Shown one piece after another: positions 1-9,898 of a DNA stretch of 64,000 nucleotides. This DNA comes from an uncultured bacterium (lineage in GTDB: Bacteria; Chloroflexota; UBA5177; JANWHV01). The stretch covers positions 448,001-512,000 of the forward strand of contig CAVSOU010000010.1 of assembly GCA_963729625.1 (NCBI GenBank), given 5' to 3'. The translations under genes were made by a program, and so were the position numbers. Position 1 is the stretch's first letter, and every line of letters begins with the position of its first letter. Below the pieces are notes generated by a model, which worked only from the letters and a program-made list of their open reading frames with translations, did no database searches and was not told where the DNA came from.

Positions 1-19
1 ACGCGACGCGCTTCTGCAT
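1..19 (-). CDS. 5' end of a gene running off the window (MQKRVA...)
   Basis: Minus-strand ATG at 19, preceded by a G-rich SD (GAGGGGG). Only 6 codons are visible. Confidence 0.45.
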
Positions 20-462
20 AGATCCCCCCTCGCGAGCGTCGTAAAGCAGGCTTGACGCCAGCACTGACGTTCGCGGCCACCCCGAACCCGCGTTTCTCAC
101 CCAGACGGGTGATGCGCGACCTCTGCACCGCCGCTGGCGGAGCCGTCAATCTTTATCTCGTCTGCTACACTATAGTCCATATTGGCATGGTAGCGCCAGT
201 GCTGCCACGAATTTCGTCCCACTGCGTGAAGCGCAGTGGCACTGATTCTCGGATTCCTCACATGCGAGCCGTCCGCCTCGAATCGCCGCAAGTCGGTTTG
301 CCCGCCCAGGGCCTGTGTAGGGCCGCGTGAGAGTGAATGATCTGGCGTGGACTTCGCGGGCTGTAGAGTCGCAGGCGCGCCAAGATCGCGCGGTCGGAAT
401 TTGTGGCGGCAGTTACTCGGCTGGCACAAGATGTGTCGAGACTGGTCCCGGTGGATAGCTGA

Positions 463-2100
463 GTGGGTCAGGACGGTGAGGTGCGACTGGCAGACGCGCT
501 GGGGAGATCCACCCTGGCGTCAGCGGTCGTTGGACGACTGACTCCCGCGTCAATTGCCGCCGCAGTAGCGGGTCTGTCCGCGCTCGCCGTCTACATCCCA
601 TCGTTGGCCCGATCCATCACCTCGGGCTACAACACCGGCGACAGCGGTGAGCTTGCGTCCGCGGCCTATTCCCTTGGCATCAGCCATCCAACCGGTTCCC
701 CTCTGTACACCCTGCTCGGTTTTGCAGTGACGCACCTCAGCACTGCCGAGCCCGCTCTCGCGCTCAATACGTTGTCGGCGGTCATGGCTGACTGCGCGCT
801 GTGTGGCATCGCGTATCTGATCGGTCGGTGTTCTCTCATCGTCAATGACTCCGAATCGGCATGGGTTGTGGTTCCATCTGCCGTCATTGCCTGTACGTCG
901 TTGGCCCTGAGCACGACGTTCTGGACTCAGGCTGTGGTTGCTGAGACGCGAAGCCTGGCCGTGGCGCTCGACACGATCGTACTCATGCTGCTGGTACCCC
1001 CTCACCTCAGCCGAAGGAGAGCGCTTAGCGCCGCACTGGTCTACGGCCTCTCCCTCAGCGCCCATCTGCTGGCCCTGTTTCTTGCCCCGACAGTCGTGCT
1101 GCTCATTCTCCCCTGGGCGCGATCGCGGATAGGGCGCTGGCTGCATGTGCTAGTCTGCCTCGGGCTCGGCCTTTCCTGCTATATCTATCTTCCCGTCCGC
1201 GCCGCCATGCACCCGGCTGCGAACTGGGGAAATCCTGACACACTCGCGCGCTTCTGGTGGGTTGTGTCGGGCCGCGAATATCGGTACGAGATGCTCACTC
1301 TAGGCCCTGGGGACGTGATATCGCGACTCGGAGACGAGCTGCACACCATCATCGTCCAGCTCAATCCTCTGACCGCGGCAATGGCAGTCGTCGGGTTGGT
1401 CGTTCTCATGCGGCGGCGTCCGCTTGTCGCGTCCGCCTTGGCGCTGACATTCGCGCTCGACCTCATCGGCTCGAGCGAGTACCAGGCCGACGCAGCGCCG
1501 ACGTACCTTATGCTCGGCATGCTGTGCGTCTGCTTCTTTGCCGGCATCGGCTGGGTTGCGATCGCGCATCAAGCGGTACGCTTTGTTGCCCCACGGAATG
1601 TTGTCATGGCTGCTTGTATTGCCCTTGCCGTAATAGCCGAGCGCGATCCTGCTCTGGATGCGCACTCTGCTGTCGCCTGGCTTGGCGGCACTACCGTGCG
1701 AGACTCCGGTGTCGACGCACTGCAGGCGCTGCCGCAGCGCGCAATAGTCGACGCCCAGGGCGACGCAAACTCGGTCCCCCTGTGGTATGCCCAGCGCGCA
1801 CTTGGCATGCGAAAGGATGTCACAATTGTCGCGAGCGATCTCCTGACCTTCGCCTGGTATTACCGTCAAGTTCGCTCTCAGCCGGCGTTTGATCCGCGTT
1901 TGATGCGGCCCAGCGATGCCTCGTCGGACGATGGGACCGACATCGCGCTGGTTCAGGAGCGCACGCCGCTCATCGTTCTGGCGGCGCGACCCGGCTATCC
2001 GGTATTCAGTGTTTTGCCGGAACCGTTATGGGCGGCACTCTGCCATGAACAACGCGTCGGTCCGGTATACCGCTGCGTACGCGCCACGCTCGCGCGCTGA
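463..2100 (+). CDS. DUF2723 (TMEM260-like) membrane glycosyltransferase, GT-C-like
   Basis: Motif GDSGELASAAYSLGISHPTGSPLY, FWTQAVVAE, YLPVRA..P..NWGNP, many TM helices. Start uncertain. Confidence 0.85.
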   Translation: MGQDGEVRLADALGRSTLASAVVGRLTPASIAAAVAGLSALAVYIPSLARSITSGYNTGDSGELASAAYSLGISHPTGSPLYTLLGFAVTHLSTAEPALALNTLSAVMADCALCGIAYLIGRCSLIVNDSESAWVVVPSAVIACTSLALSTTFWTQAVVAETRSLAVALDTIVLMLLVPPHLSRRRALSAALVYGLSLSAHLLALFLAPTVVLLILPWARSRIGRWLHVLVCLGLGLSCYIYLPVRAAMHPAANWGNPDTLARFWWVVSGREYRYEMLTLGPGDVISRLGDELHTIIVQLNPLTAAMAVVGLVVLMRRRPLVASALALTFALDLIGSSEYQADAAPTYLMLGMLCVCFFAGIGWVAIAHQAVRFVAPRNVVMAACIALAVIAERDPALDAHSAVAWLGGTTVRDSGVDALQALPQRAIVDAQGDANSVPLWYAQRALGMRKDVTIVASDLLTFAWYYRQVRSQPAFDPRLMRPSDASSDDGTDIALVQERTPLIVLAARPGYPVFSVLPEPLWAALCHEQRVGPVYRCVRATLAR

Positions 2101-2289
2101 GTCTGTGTGACCAGGTCTTCTGAAAGACGAACCGATCGGTCTGCTTGAGCGTTGACGCAGTACCGGCACCCAATTTGCCGCCCAAGGCCCACAGCATTGT
2201 GCTCGGCCCGTTTCCGAAGGCAACCTGGCTCATTCGACCTTGCCTCCTATCCCGGCCAAATCTGCCGACCGAGCAGAGCCGCTCCAATC

Positions 2290-2298
2290 TGCTACACT
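2290..2298 (+). promoter_or_regulatory. Extended -10 promoter (TGCTACACT)
   Basis: TGnTAnnnT upstream of the DUF4012 gene. The same 11-mer TCTGCTACACT occurs at 161-171. Confidence 0.45.
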
Positions 2299-2350
2299 CC
2301 ACATCGTTCTCGCGGGCGAGCCTCCGCCACTTTCCTCAAAGGGCACGGTG

Positions 2351-4315
2351 ATGCGTCAGCCAGCAATTCTTCCGGCGCCGCCGCGAAGGAAGCGCACACG
2401 CGCGTTCCGGCGCTACGTCCTCATACTGTTGCTGTTGCTGGTCGCTGCTGCCGTGGCTCTTGGAATAGGCTTGTGGCCCGCTGCGCGCGCGGCGCGCGAT
2501 GCGGAATCGCAGATAAAGGCCCTTGAGGGCATGAAGTCAGCGCTCGAGGACCGCCCTTCGGTTGCTACCCTGCGTGAGGCTGATACCCGGATCGTGCGAC
2601 TTCATGCCGACATTTCCACGATCAATGGAACCTGGCAGTCGTGGAAAGGCACCGCGCTGTTCCTCAGTCAGCCGTTTCACGCGGTTCACGCCACCTTGCG
2701 ACAAGTGGACCCCCTGCTCGTGTACGGCCGGCAGCTGACCGAAGCAGGACACACGTTGTCGTCGGCGCTCAGTCCTGCCGTTCGTGACATGACAGGACAC
2801 ATCAACCACGCCACTCTTCCCACATTGGTGGCTGACCTGGCACCGACGAGATCCGCGCTGCGCGGCGCCGGCGCTCTGCTTCGCCAGGCCGACGGCACTC
2901 GGCGCCTGATCCTGGCCGACGGGCTGCCCACATCGATCCGGCACGGGCTCTCGCTTCTGGACGCAGTGCTGCCGCGCGCGCCCGACGAACTCGATTCTCT
3001 CGCCGCTCTGCCTGCCGCCCTGGGCGGTGATGGGCCCCGAAACTACCTGTTGGTGCCGCAGAACAGCACAGACTTGCGTGCAACGGGAGGATTCATCGGC
3101 ACGGTCGCGGTGGTGCACGTCGATCGCGGGAAGCTGACGCTGACTCGAGTCGAGGACTCGTATGCAGTCGATCCGGGACTGCGCCCCAATGTCATACCGC
3201 CGCTGCCGCTTGCGCTGCACGGGTGGAGCAGCCTCTTGTTTCGCGACGGCAACTGGTCGGCGGATTATCCGACGACTGCCCAGGTGCTGGAAATCCTCTA
3301 TCGCCTTGGCGCGAAGCAGACGGTCGACGGTGTGATCGCCTTCAATCCCCCGCTCGTTCGTCAAGTGCTGCTGCTCACGGGGCCGGTCGCCGTGCCCGGC
3401 TATCAGGATCGGATCGATGCAAGCAACTTCTTCGAGCGCCTTGACTATCAAGTCAACGTGCTCGGCAAGACGAACAAGGCCTTCGCGTTGGCAGCCTATC
3501 GCGCGGTCTTCTCCCGACTTCTTTCCCTGAAGAACGTCGATGGCAAGCAGGCGGCGAGCAAGCTGCGTGCATCGGTGCGCTCCCGCGACGTCCTCATCTA
3601 TGCGAACGATAGGACTGCCGAAGACGCAGTGCGCTTTGCCGGGGCCGACGGCGCTATCGACGCCACTACCAGGGACTATCTCTACGTCGTGGACACCAAC
3701 ATGAGCCGGCAGAAGATCAACTCTCTCGTCCATGACGACATCGCGTACCGAGCCACGATCCAGCCGGACCGAAGCATCCTGGCAACCGTTACCCTGCGCT
3801 ACACGAATACTGCCGACAGTCGCAACACGCCACCGCTGCAGAGCCCTGGCTACAGCGAATTCGTTCGCGTGCTGGTGCCTGCGGGAAGCAAGCTGCTGAA
3901 GAGCACAGGTCTGGATACGGTGTGGCCGGCGAATGTGCTGCACCACAAGTCCGAGTTCTCAGGGTATTTCACGTTGCCGTCGAAGGCACGCCGAACCGTG
4001 ATGTTCCGGTACCGCATTCCGTCCAGCGTCGATGCTGGCAACACGTACTCGCTTCTCGTGCAGCGGCAACCCGGCTCAGGAAGCTGGCCTGTAGTGATTC
4101 ACCTGACGGCAGCGAATCCCATCCAGCTGACTGGCAACGTTCTGATCACTGGCGTTCTGCGAGGCGACATCGCGCTCAGGCTTGGACTCTTGGGCGGGTC
4201 CGCGCGACCGGCCGCTCCCGCGCCGGTGCCGACTGATGCGCCGCTGAAGCCGGGCTCACAGCCCGAACCATGGTTGACAGTGCCGGATAGCAGCTCACCC
4301 TTGGCGGCCAGCTAG
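2351..4315 (+). CDS. DUF4012 domain membrane-anchored protein
   Basis: N-terminal TM anchor; motifs YLLVPQNSTDLRATGGFIG, RDGNWSADYPT, VDGVIAF, VVDTNMSRQK, LVQRQPG. Confidence 0.85.
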   Translation: MRQPAILPAPPRRKRTRAFRRYVLILLLLLVAAAVALGIGLWPAARAARDAESQIKALEGMKSALEDRPSVATLREADTRIVRLHADISTINGTWQSWKGTALFLSQPFHAVHATLRQVDPLLVYGRQLTEAGHTLSSALSPAVRDMTGHINHATLPTLVADLAPTRSALRGAGALLRQADGTRRLILADGLPTSIRHGLSLLDAVLPRAPDELDSLAALPAALGGDGPRNYLLVPQNSTDLRATGGFIGTVAVVHVDRGKLTLTRVEDSYAVDPGLRPNVIPPLPLALHGWSSLLFRDGNWSADYPTTAQVLEILYRLGAKQTVDGVIAFNPPLVRQVLLLTGPVAVPGYQDRIDASNFFERLDYQVNVLGKTNKAFALAAYRAVFSRLLSLKNVDGKQAASKLRASVRSRDVLIYANDRTAEDAVRFAGADGAIDATTRDYLYVVDTNMSRQKINSLVHDDIAYRATIQPDRSILATVTLRYTNTADSRNTPPLQSPGYSEFVRVLVPAGSKLLKSTGLDTVWPANVLHHKSEFSGYFTLPSKARRTVMFRYRIPSSVDAGNTYSLLVQRQPGSGSWPVVIHLTAANPIQLTGNVLITGVLRGDIALRLGLLGGSARPAAPAPVPTDAPLKPGSQPEPWLTVPDSSSPLAAS

Positions 4316-4332
4316 CAGTTGCATGACGCGGG

Positions 4333-4635
4333 CTAACTTTGCGCTTCAATGGTATAGAACTCCTGCCGTCCCGAGATCACGAGCTCCTGAAGGCGCCCGC
4401 CGGCCTGCTGGAACGCGGGCGAAGCGAACATCTTGACCCGCCACTGCTCCCAGGCGGCAAGACTCTCATGCTGGCTTTCCAGCACAACAGTGTTGAACTC
4501 GCCGCTCAAGTCCGTCAGCAGCCTGGTATGGCTTTGCCGTGATTCCTCAGCGCGCAACGCGCCGTCCCGCATCAGCGCGACGACCTCGGCGACTTTGCCC
4601 CATTTCGCCTGCATGGTGACACGTACCAGAATCAT
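4333..4635 (-). CDS. Small dimeric alpha/beta-barrel (NIPSNAP/ABM-like) hypothetical protein
   Basis: 100 aa, GAAGGAG SD, pattern RLLTDLSGEFNTVVLE..ESLAAWE. Confidence 0.65.
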   Translation of the reverse strand: MILVRVTMQAKWGKVAEVVALMRDGALRAEESRQSHTRLLTDLSGEFNTVVLESQHESLAAWEQWRVKMFASPAFQQAGGRLQELVISGRQEFYTIEAQS

Positions 4636-4770
4636 CTGCTCGACTCCTTCACCGCAAACAGCGCTCCCGATCCGACGACCGGGCGGATCTTCCGGCAGGC
4701 ATTCGGAACCTGTACGAACAGTGTAGCCGGCGCAGCATTAGCGCACAGGAGGGCCGATGCGGCCGCCGGC

Positions 4771-5499
4771 TCAACGGCGGTAGACAGACACGTGCGTGAG
4801 GCTGGCCGAGGTGAACGGTTCTCGCTCCCAGCCGGACCAACGCTCCTTGAGGCGGAGGCCGGCGATCCGCGCCATAAGATCGATCTCGCTCGGCCACGCG
4901 TATCGCGTCACCACCGGGTAAAGGCGCACGCCCTGAGCGGAGAGCGACACATGGACCTCGTCGAGCCGCTGCGTCGCCGCATCGTGCCGGCACACGTCGA
5001 GCCACACCTCGTCAACCCCGACGGCTTCGGCGTCCACGTACTGTCCGTCGCGAAAATGCGTGGGGTCGGGCACGAACGCCTCCACCACAAACGATCCGTC
5101 GTCGGCGAGATGGGCGGCGACGTTCTGGAAACACCGCACCTGATCATCCTGCGTCACCAGGTTGAACAGCGTGTTGAACACCACGTACACCAGCCGGTAC
5201 GTGCCGGAGACCGGCATGTCGGCGAAGTCGCCCATGGTGACCGCGATCGTATCGCCTCCCGGTTTGGCGCGCAGTTTGGCAACCATCTCCGAAGATATTT
5301 CGACGCCGTCGACGTGCACGCCCCGAGCCGCGAGAGGCAACGCGATACGGCCCGTGCCGACCGCGAGCTCGAGCGCTCGGCCGCCTCCCGCCAGCTGGTC
5401 CAGAAACGCGACTGTCGCAGGCGTGTCTGCGCGCTCGGTTAACCGGTCGTACATCTCGGCGAAGCGCTCGCCGAACGTTCTCGACGTAAAGTGTTCCAT
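4771..5499 (-). CDS. Class I SAM-dependent methyltransferase
   Basis: Motif I ALELAVGTGRIA, VDGVEISSEM, GDFAD. Confidence 0.9.
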   Translation of the reverse strand: MEHFTSRTFGERFAEMYDRLTERADTPATVAFLDQLAGGGRALELAVGTGRIALPLAARGVHVDGVEISSEMVAKLRAKPGGDTIAVTMGDFADMPVSGTYRLVYVVFNTLFNLVTQDDQVRCFQNVAAHLADDGSFVVEAFVPDPTHFRDGQYVDAEAVGVDEVWLDVCRHDAATQRLDEVHVSLSAQGVRLYPVVTRYAWPSEIDLMARIAGLRLKERWSGWEREPFTSASLTHVSVYRR

Positions 5500-6055
5500 G
5501 GCCCTACTTTACACAGCCACGTCGCGTTACGCAACCCGCAAGCTGCTTCCTGAAGGAACCAGACGCTTCCTGCGGTTATAGCGTCATTCCGGTCATGCTC
5601 TCTACGTACCACCTGTGCTGGCTGGAAAGCGCATCCAGCGGTGTCAAGAGGCACGAAAAGCGGAAAGGAAGTCGCCGGCGCCTACGTGCGGATGTAGGCA
5701 GGTCCCGATGCTGTGCCCTGAGATTCAGACAGACCTGCTCAAGTGGACGGGCTTTCCGGCCAGCACAGGGGTCTCTCGGGTGATCAGCTGCTCTCAGCGC
5801 ATCGACAAGCGTTGGTCGCGGCCGGCGTAGAGGACGACAGGGCGAAGCTTCTCCAGTTCTGCGCAACCGTACGCTACGAGTGGCCGGCCCAACACGGCTT
5901 ACCCTTGCTCGCGTCTTCCCATGCGGCCTCGTTGGAAGGGGGCCCCCGCCCGCCGAACTTGTAACATTGTCGCATCTGATATGACAGCTTTGACCTGCCA
6001 GGCGACACGTGCTACATATGATATCGGTTCACACACGATAAGGAGGCCACACACC

Positions 6056-6328
6056 ATGCCGTCTACCCGCATCAATGCTCGCCTGTCACCGCCGCTGGCT
6101 GAGTTTGTGGCCCGCATGGTCGGGGAGGCCGGTCTCTACGAGACGCCGAGCGAGTATATCCGCGATCTAATACGCCGTGATATGGAGCAGCGGGACAGCC
6201 GCATGGTACATGGTGCCATTCTCTCCGGGTACCGAGATTGGGCCGACGGCGCCGTACTGGCCTCTACCGGCGACTTTCAGCGGGACATGCAGCTGGTGGC
6301 GCAGAAGGAAGCGCACGGCTGGGCATGA
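6056..6328 (+). CDS. parD: Type II antitoxin, ParD-like ribbon-helix-helix
   Basis: TAAGGAGG SD then ATG at 6056; GLYETPSEYIRDLIR RHH motif; ATGA overlap with the toxin gene. Confidence 0.8.
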   Translation: MPSTRINARLSPPLAEFVARMVGEAGLYETPSEYIRDLIRRDMEQRDSRMVHGAILSGYRDWADGAVLASTGDFQRDMQLVAQKEAHGWA

Positions 6329-6690
6329 CCCGGCGGCCATTTTACCTGACGCGCCAGGCTGCCAGAGACCTGCACGACATCCATTTGCACTCCGTCACGA
6401 AGTGGGGTCAAGAACGCGCCGATGCCTATCTGGCCGAGATTTACGCCGTCTTCGCCAAGGTAGGTGCCTCGCCGGAACTTGGCCGGCTGAGAGCGCATCG
6501 CTCTGTCCCCTTCCTGATGGTACCTGCGGGCCGTCATTTTGTCGTGTACGACCAGGCAGCAGACGGTGTCATTGTGCTGACGGTACTGCACCAGGCGCGT
6601 GATATTGAGCAGATCATCGCTGAGCTGGGGCCGTCCTTCCTCGCGGAAGTAGCCGCGCTGAGGCGCAAGGCACACAACACTCCCGATTGA
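6325..6690 (+). CDS. parE: Type II toxin, RelE/ParE family
   Basis: LTRQAARDLHDI..S..KWG..RADAYL, P.LGR, HFVVY, IVLTVLHQARD. Confidence 0.85.
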   Translation: MTRRPFYLTRQAARDLHDIHLHSVTKWGQERADAYLAEIYAVFAKVGASPELGRLRAHRSVPFLMVPAGRHFVVYDQAADGVIVLTVLHQARDIEQIIAELGPSFLAEVAALRRKAHNTPD

Positions 6691-6736
6691 CGCGTGAGTT
6701 GTGAGAGGACTGGCTGGAAAGGGTATCCACGTGCTG

Positions 6737-7138
6737 TTGAGCTGCCCGAGCGTATGAACGGTAAAGCCCGCCAAGGACCGGCATAGCGCACACCGTGCCT
6801 GTCGGGTTGGCGGACGAGACCAGCGGATCGGGGATGCGTTGGTGCAGCCCATGGTGCTGCCGGGCGGAATTGTAGTAGTGCACGTACTCAGTCAGCACCC
6901 GGAGCACGTGCATCTCGTTCAGGATCAGCAGGTGGTCCAGGCACTCCCGGCAGACACTCCCCACCAAGCGCTCGCAGCAGTCGTTTTCCCTCGCTGCGCG
7001 GTAGGCGGTGCGGACGTCTTTGATGCCGGTAGCAGTGGCCAAAGCCCGGAAGGCTGGTCCGAACTTGGCGTCGTTGTCGCGAATCAGGTGCCTGGGGTGT
7101 TGGCCGAACGGTGTGGCCTCGCGCAGTTGCTGCGGCAT
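6737..7138 (-). pseudogene. Truncated integrase-core (rve) IS transposase remnant
   Basis: HLIRDNDAKFG, CERLVGSVCRECLDHLLI, YYNSARQHHGL, VLGGLYRSY. The N-terminal half is missing and motifs are degraded. Confidence 0.8.
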
Positions 7139-7377
7139 AGATGCCCAGGCTGATCTTTGCGTGGGCAGTCAGTCGCTCAATCTGTGACCTGGAATTGACA
7201 TGGTCGGACTGGAGCTATCTGAGCCACATGGGCCAGGCGCGGCAGCCTTGCTCGCATCGTTCCTGGACCGCAAAGACGCGTTTTGTCCACCGCAAGTACC
7301 CTATATGGTTGTACGCACCTCTGATATCCTAGGGATGGCCCGCCGGGCGGGCGTTTACTAGACGGAGATAAGAATCG

Positions 7378-8088
7378 TTGAACGTGTGGCTCCTAACTCT
7401 TCTCGGCGATGCGGATAGCCACACGATCGACGTGCTCCGCGGAGCAGATGGATTCTGGATCTATTGCCTGGTGTTCTTCCTGATCGTCATACAGGAATGT
7501 GGCGTTCCGCTCCCGGTTCTCCCGAGTGAGGTCGTTCTTCTCAGCGCCGGGTTCTTGGCATCCCAAGGCAAGATCGCTCTCCTGCTGATGGGCCTGTTTG
7601 CCACGGCCGCGACACTGATCGGAAACTCCCTGCTCTATTATGTCAGCCGGCGTTATGGTCGAGTGGCACTCGATCGATACGGCAAGTACGTGATGCTTCG
7701 ACCTGAAAGGATTGATCGCATCCAGGCCTGGATTGGGCGGCGCGGCACGCCTATTCTCATGTACGGGCCGCTCGTTCCGATTCTCCGCGCGTACGTGCCT
7801 GCTTTGGCCGGGATGTTCGGCGTGCCATACCGTCTCTACATCCTTGTGCTCACCGGCGCTGCCCTTGCATGGTCGTTTGGCTTGCTTGTCATCGGACAAG
7901 TCCTCGGCGAGCATTGGCAGGATGCGATTGAGTTCATCAGGAACAATGTGTACCTCGGAGTGATCGCATGTCTCGTAGGTGGAGCCTGCACGTACCTGTA
8001 CGTACGTCAGCAGCACAGGACGGCCGCAATGCGAGCGCAGCATTGGCCCGAAAACGTGCTTCCGCCCCCGCCGCACCGTCTGCTCTAG
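7378..8088 (+). CDS. dedA: DedA family membrane protein
   Basis: QECGVPLPVLPSEVVLLSAG, GNSLLYYVSRRYG, PILRAYVPALAG. Confidence 0.88.
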   Translation: MNVWLLTLLGDADSHTIDVLRGADGFWIYCLVFFLIVIQECGVPLPVLPSEVVLLSAGFLASQGKIALLLMGLFATAATLIGNSLLYYVSRRYGRVALDRYGKYVMLRPERIDRIQAWIGRRGTPILMYGPLVPILRAYVPALAGMFGVPYRLYILVLTGAALAWSFGLLVIGQVLGEHWQDAIEFIRNNVYLGVIACLVGGACTYLYVRQQHRTAAMRAQHWPENVLPPPPHRLL

Positions 8089-8261
8089 CACTCGATCGCC
8101 GCGCGTTCCATGGCCAATCGAGCGTCGCGAGCGGTCCGCCTCCGACGAAGTTTCCGGCAGACCTTCTCGCAGGTAGAATGAAGGGGATTCCGGCATATAC
8201 ACTTTGCCCTTTGGACAAGGTCCACAGCGGCATTCAAACTCTAGCAGGATCGACAAACCAC

Positions 8262-9335
8262 ATGCCCACCGAAATCACCAAGGACCACGTCATTCGGCAG
8301 ATTGTCGACGCGTTTCCAGGCATCGACCAGGTATTTAAAGCACATGGACTTCCCTGCACTGGCTGCCACGTGTCAACGTATGAGACGGTAGCTGGGGGAG
8401 CACGGACCCACTCACTCGATCTTGAAGCCTTGTTGTCGGACTTGAACAGATTCTCGGCCACGGGTGAGGTACCGCCTCCCAAGAAGATCAGTGTCGTGAA
8501 TCGCCAAGCCGCATATCCCGAGCGTCGCGAAAGCATCAAGCACGTCATCGCAATAATGAGCGGCAAGGGAGGAGTGGGCAAGTCGCTTGTCACGGGTCTG
8601 CTTGCCGTCACACTGCGGCGGTCTGGCTACAAGGTCGGCATTCTTGACGGCGATATCACCGGGCCTAGCATCCCCAAGATGTTCGGACTCCCGGCAAAGG
8701 CGATGCCTGAGGGCACTCTAGATGCCCCACGATCGTCTACCGGCATCGCCGTGATGTCCATGAATCTGCTCCTCGAGTCAGAGGACCAGGCCGTGATCTG
8801 GCGCGGACCAATGGTGGCGGGTGCTATCAAGCAGTTCTATAGCGATGTGGAGTGGGGCGAGCTCGATTTTCTCCTGGTCGACCTTCCACCTGGCACGTCT
8901 GACGCACCGATGACCACGATGCAGGCACTGCCTCTCGACGGCGTGATCGTGGTCAGTACCCCACAAGGACTGGCGACCATGGTAGTGGCCAAGGCCGTGC
9001 ATATGGCTCAGAAACTCGACGTGCCTATCCTGGGTGTGGTCGAGAACATGGGTTACTTCAATCTTCCGCATAGTGGGGAGCAGTACGAGCTGTTTGGTCC
9101 CAGCCAGGGACAACACCTTGTGGCAATGACTGGGGCTCCGATGCTCGGCAGGCTGCCCATCGACCCCCGGATCGCGGCACTCTGCGATTCGGGCGAGATT
9201 GAGACCTATGAATCCGGACCATGCAGCGAGCTGTCGGAAAACTTCCTCAAAATCGTCGAGCGGCCGCCTGAGCCTTCGCACGCCGCGGGAAGCCTTCTGC
9301 AAATTGGAAGAATAGCGCGACGGTCCGGAGGCTGA
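8262..9335 (+). CDS. apbC: Mrp/NBP35/ApbC P-loop Fe-S carrier with N-terminal DUF1858 domain
   Basis: SGKGGVGKS, DGDITGPSIP, IWRGPM, DLPPGTSD, ENMGYF. N-terminal HGLPCTGC..ETV.GA..H.LD. Confidence 0.9.
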   Translation: MPTEITKDHVIRQIVDAFPGIDQVFKAHGLPCTGCHVSTYETVAGGARTHSLDLEALLSDLNRFSATGEVPPPKKISVVNRQAAYPERRESIKHVIAIMSGKGGVGKSLVTGLLAVTLRRSGYKVGILDGDITGPSIPKMFGLPAKAMPEGTLDAPRSSTGIAVMSMNLLLESEDQAVIWRGPMVAGAIKQFYSDVEWGELDFLLVDLPPGTSDAPMTTMQALPLDGVIVVSTPQGLATMVVAKAVHMAQKLDVPILGVVENMGYFNLPHSGEQYELFGPSQGQHLVAMTGAPMLGRLPIDPRIAALCDSGEIETYESGPCSELSENFLKIVERPPEPSHAAGSLLQIGRIARRSGG

Positions 9336-9516
9336 ACAGCGTACGCGACGACGCGCGGAACGGTGCGAACTGGGCTGGCTTGTGACCGGCCGCGCGGCCA
9401 CACACCATGTACCGGCGCGCGCGCGGCGACAGCGTGCGTCTGCCTGCGCTGTGGAAGCCCGGCAGGCTGGGCCTGCGTCAGGTCGTGGTGCCGGTCACGC
9501 CGCAAGGTTGGCCGCA

Positions 9517-9684
9517 CTATGTGGAAGGCGTATTTGGTCCAGCACCGCCTTCGAACAGGTTGAACTTGAAGAGCAGGACGAGGCCGACTATGAGTGCCAG
9601 AACAACGATAGCCGTCACGATCGCCAGCCACGCCATCGCACTGTCGTTTGTCTGATCGCCCTCGACTTTGCGGAGTTCGGACAC
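9517..9684 (-). CDS. Small single-pass membrane protein (55 aa), below the ORF-track cutoff
   Basis: GTG start with GAGG SD; MSELRKVEGDQTNDSAMAWLAIVTAIVVLALIVGLVLLFKFNLFEGGAGPNTPST. Confidence 0.6.
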   Translation of the reverse strand: MSELRKVEGDQTNDSAMAWLAIVTAIVVLALIVGLVLLFKFNLFEGGAGPNTPST

Positions 9685-9898
9685 AGAGAGTTGCCTCGCG
9701 TCTGGCCAACTTTCGAGTTGGGACCAAGCACTGCAGACGGCAGATGCACATCACCGCCGAAGCACCGAATCCGCGGAGATTGGCGTTGCCTGCACTCAGC
9801 CGATTGCGAATCCGGCCGGGTTGCGGGGAAATCGGTCCCGCAACCCGGGTGCATATCCAACTCCGATCTGCGAACCTGTCCGCAGCCTGAGCTTCTAC

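Noticed and set aside
2537-3946. 469-aa minus-strand ORF
   Set aside because: Antisense to the DUF4012 gene; no recognisable domain.
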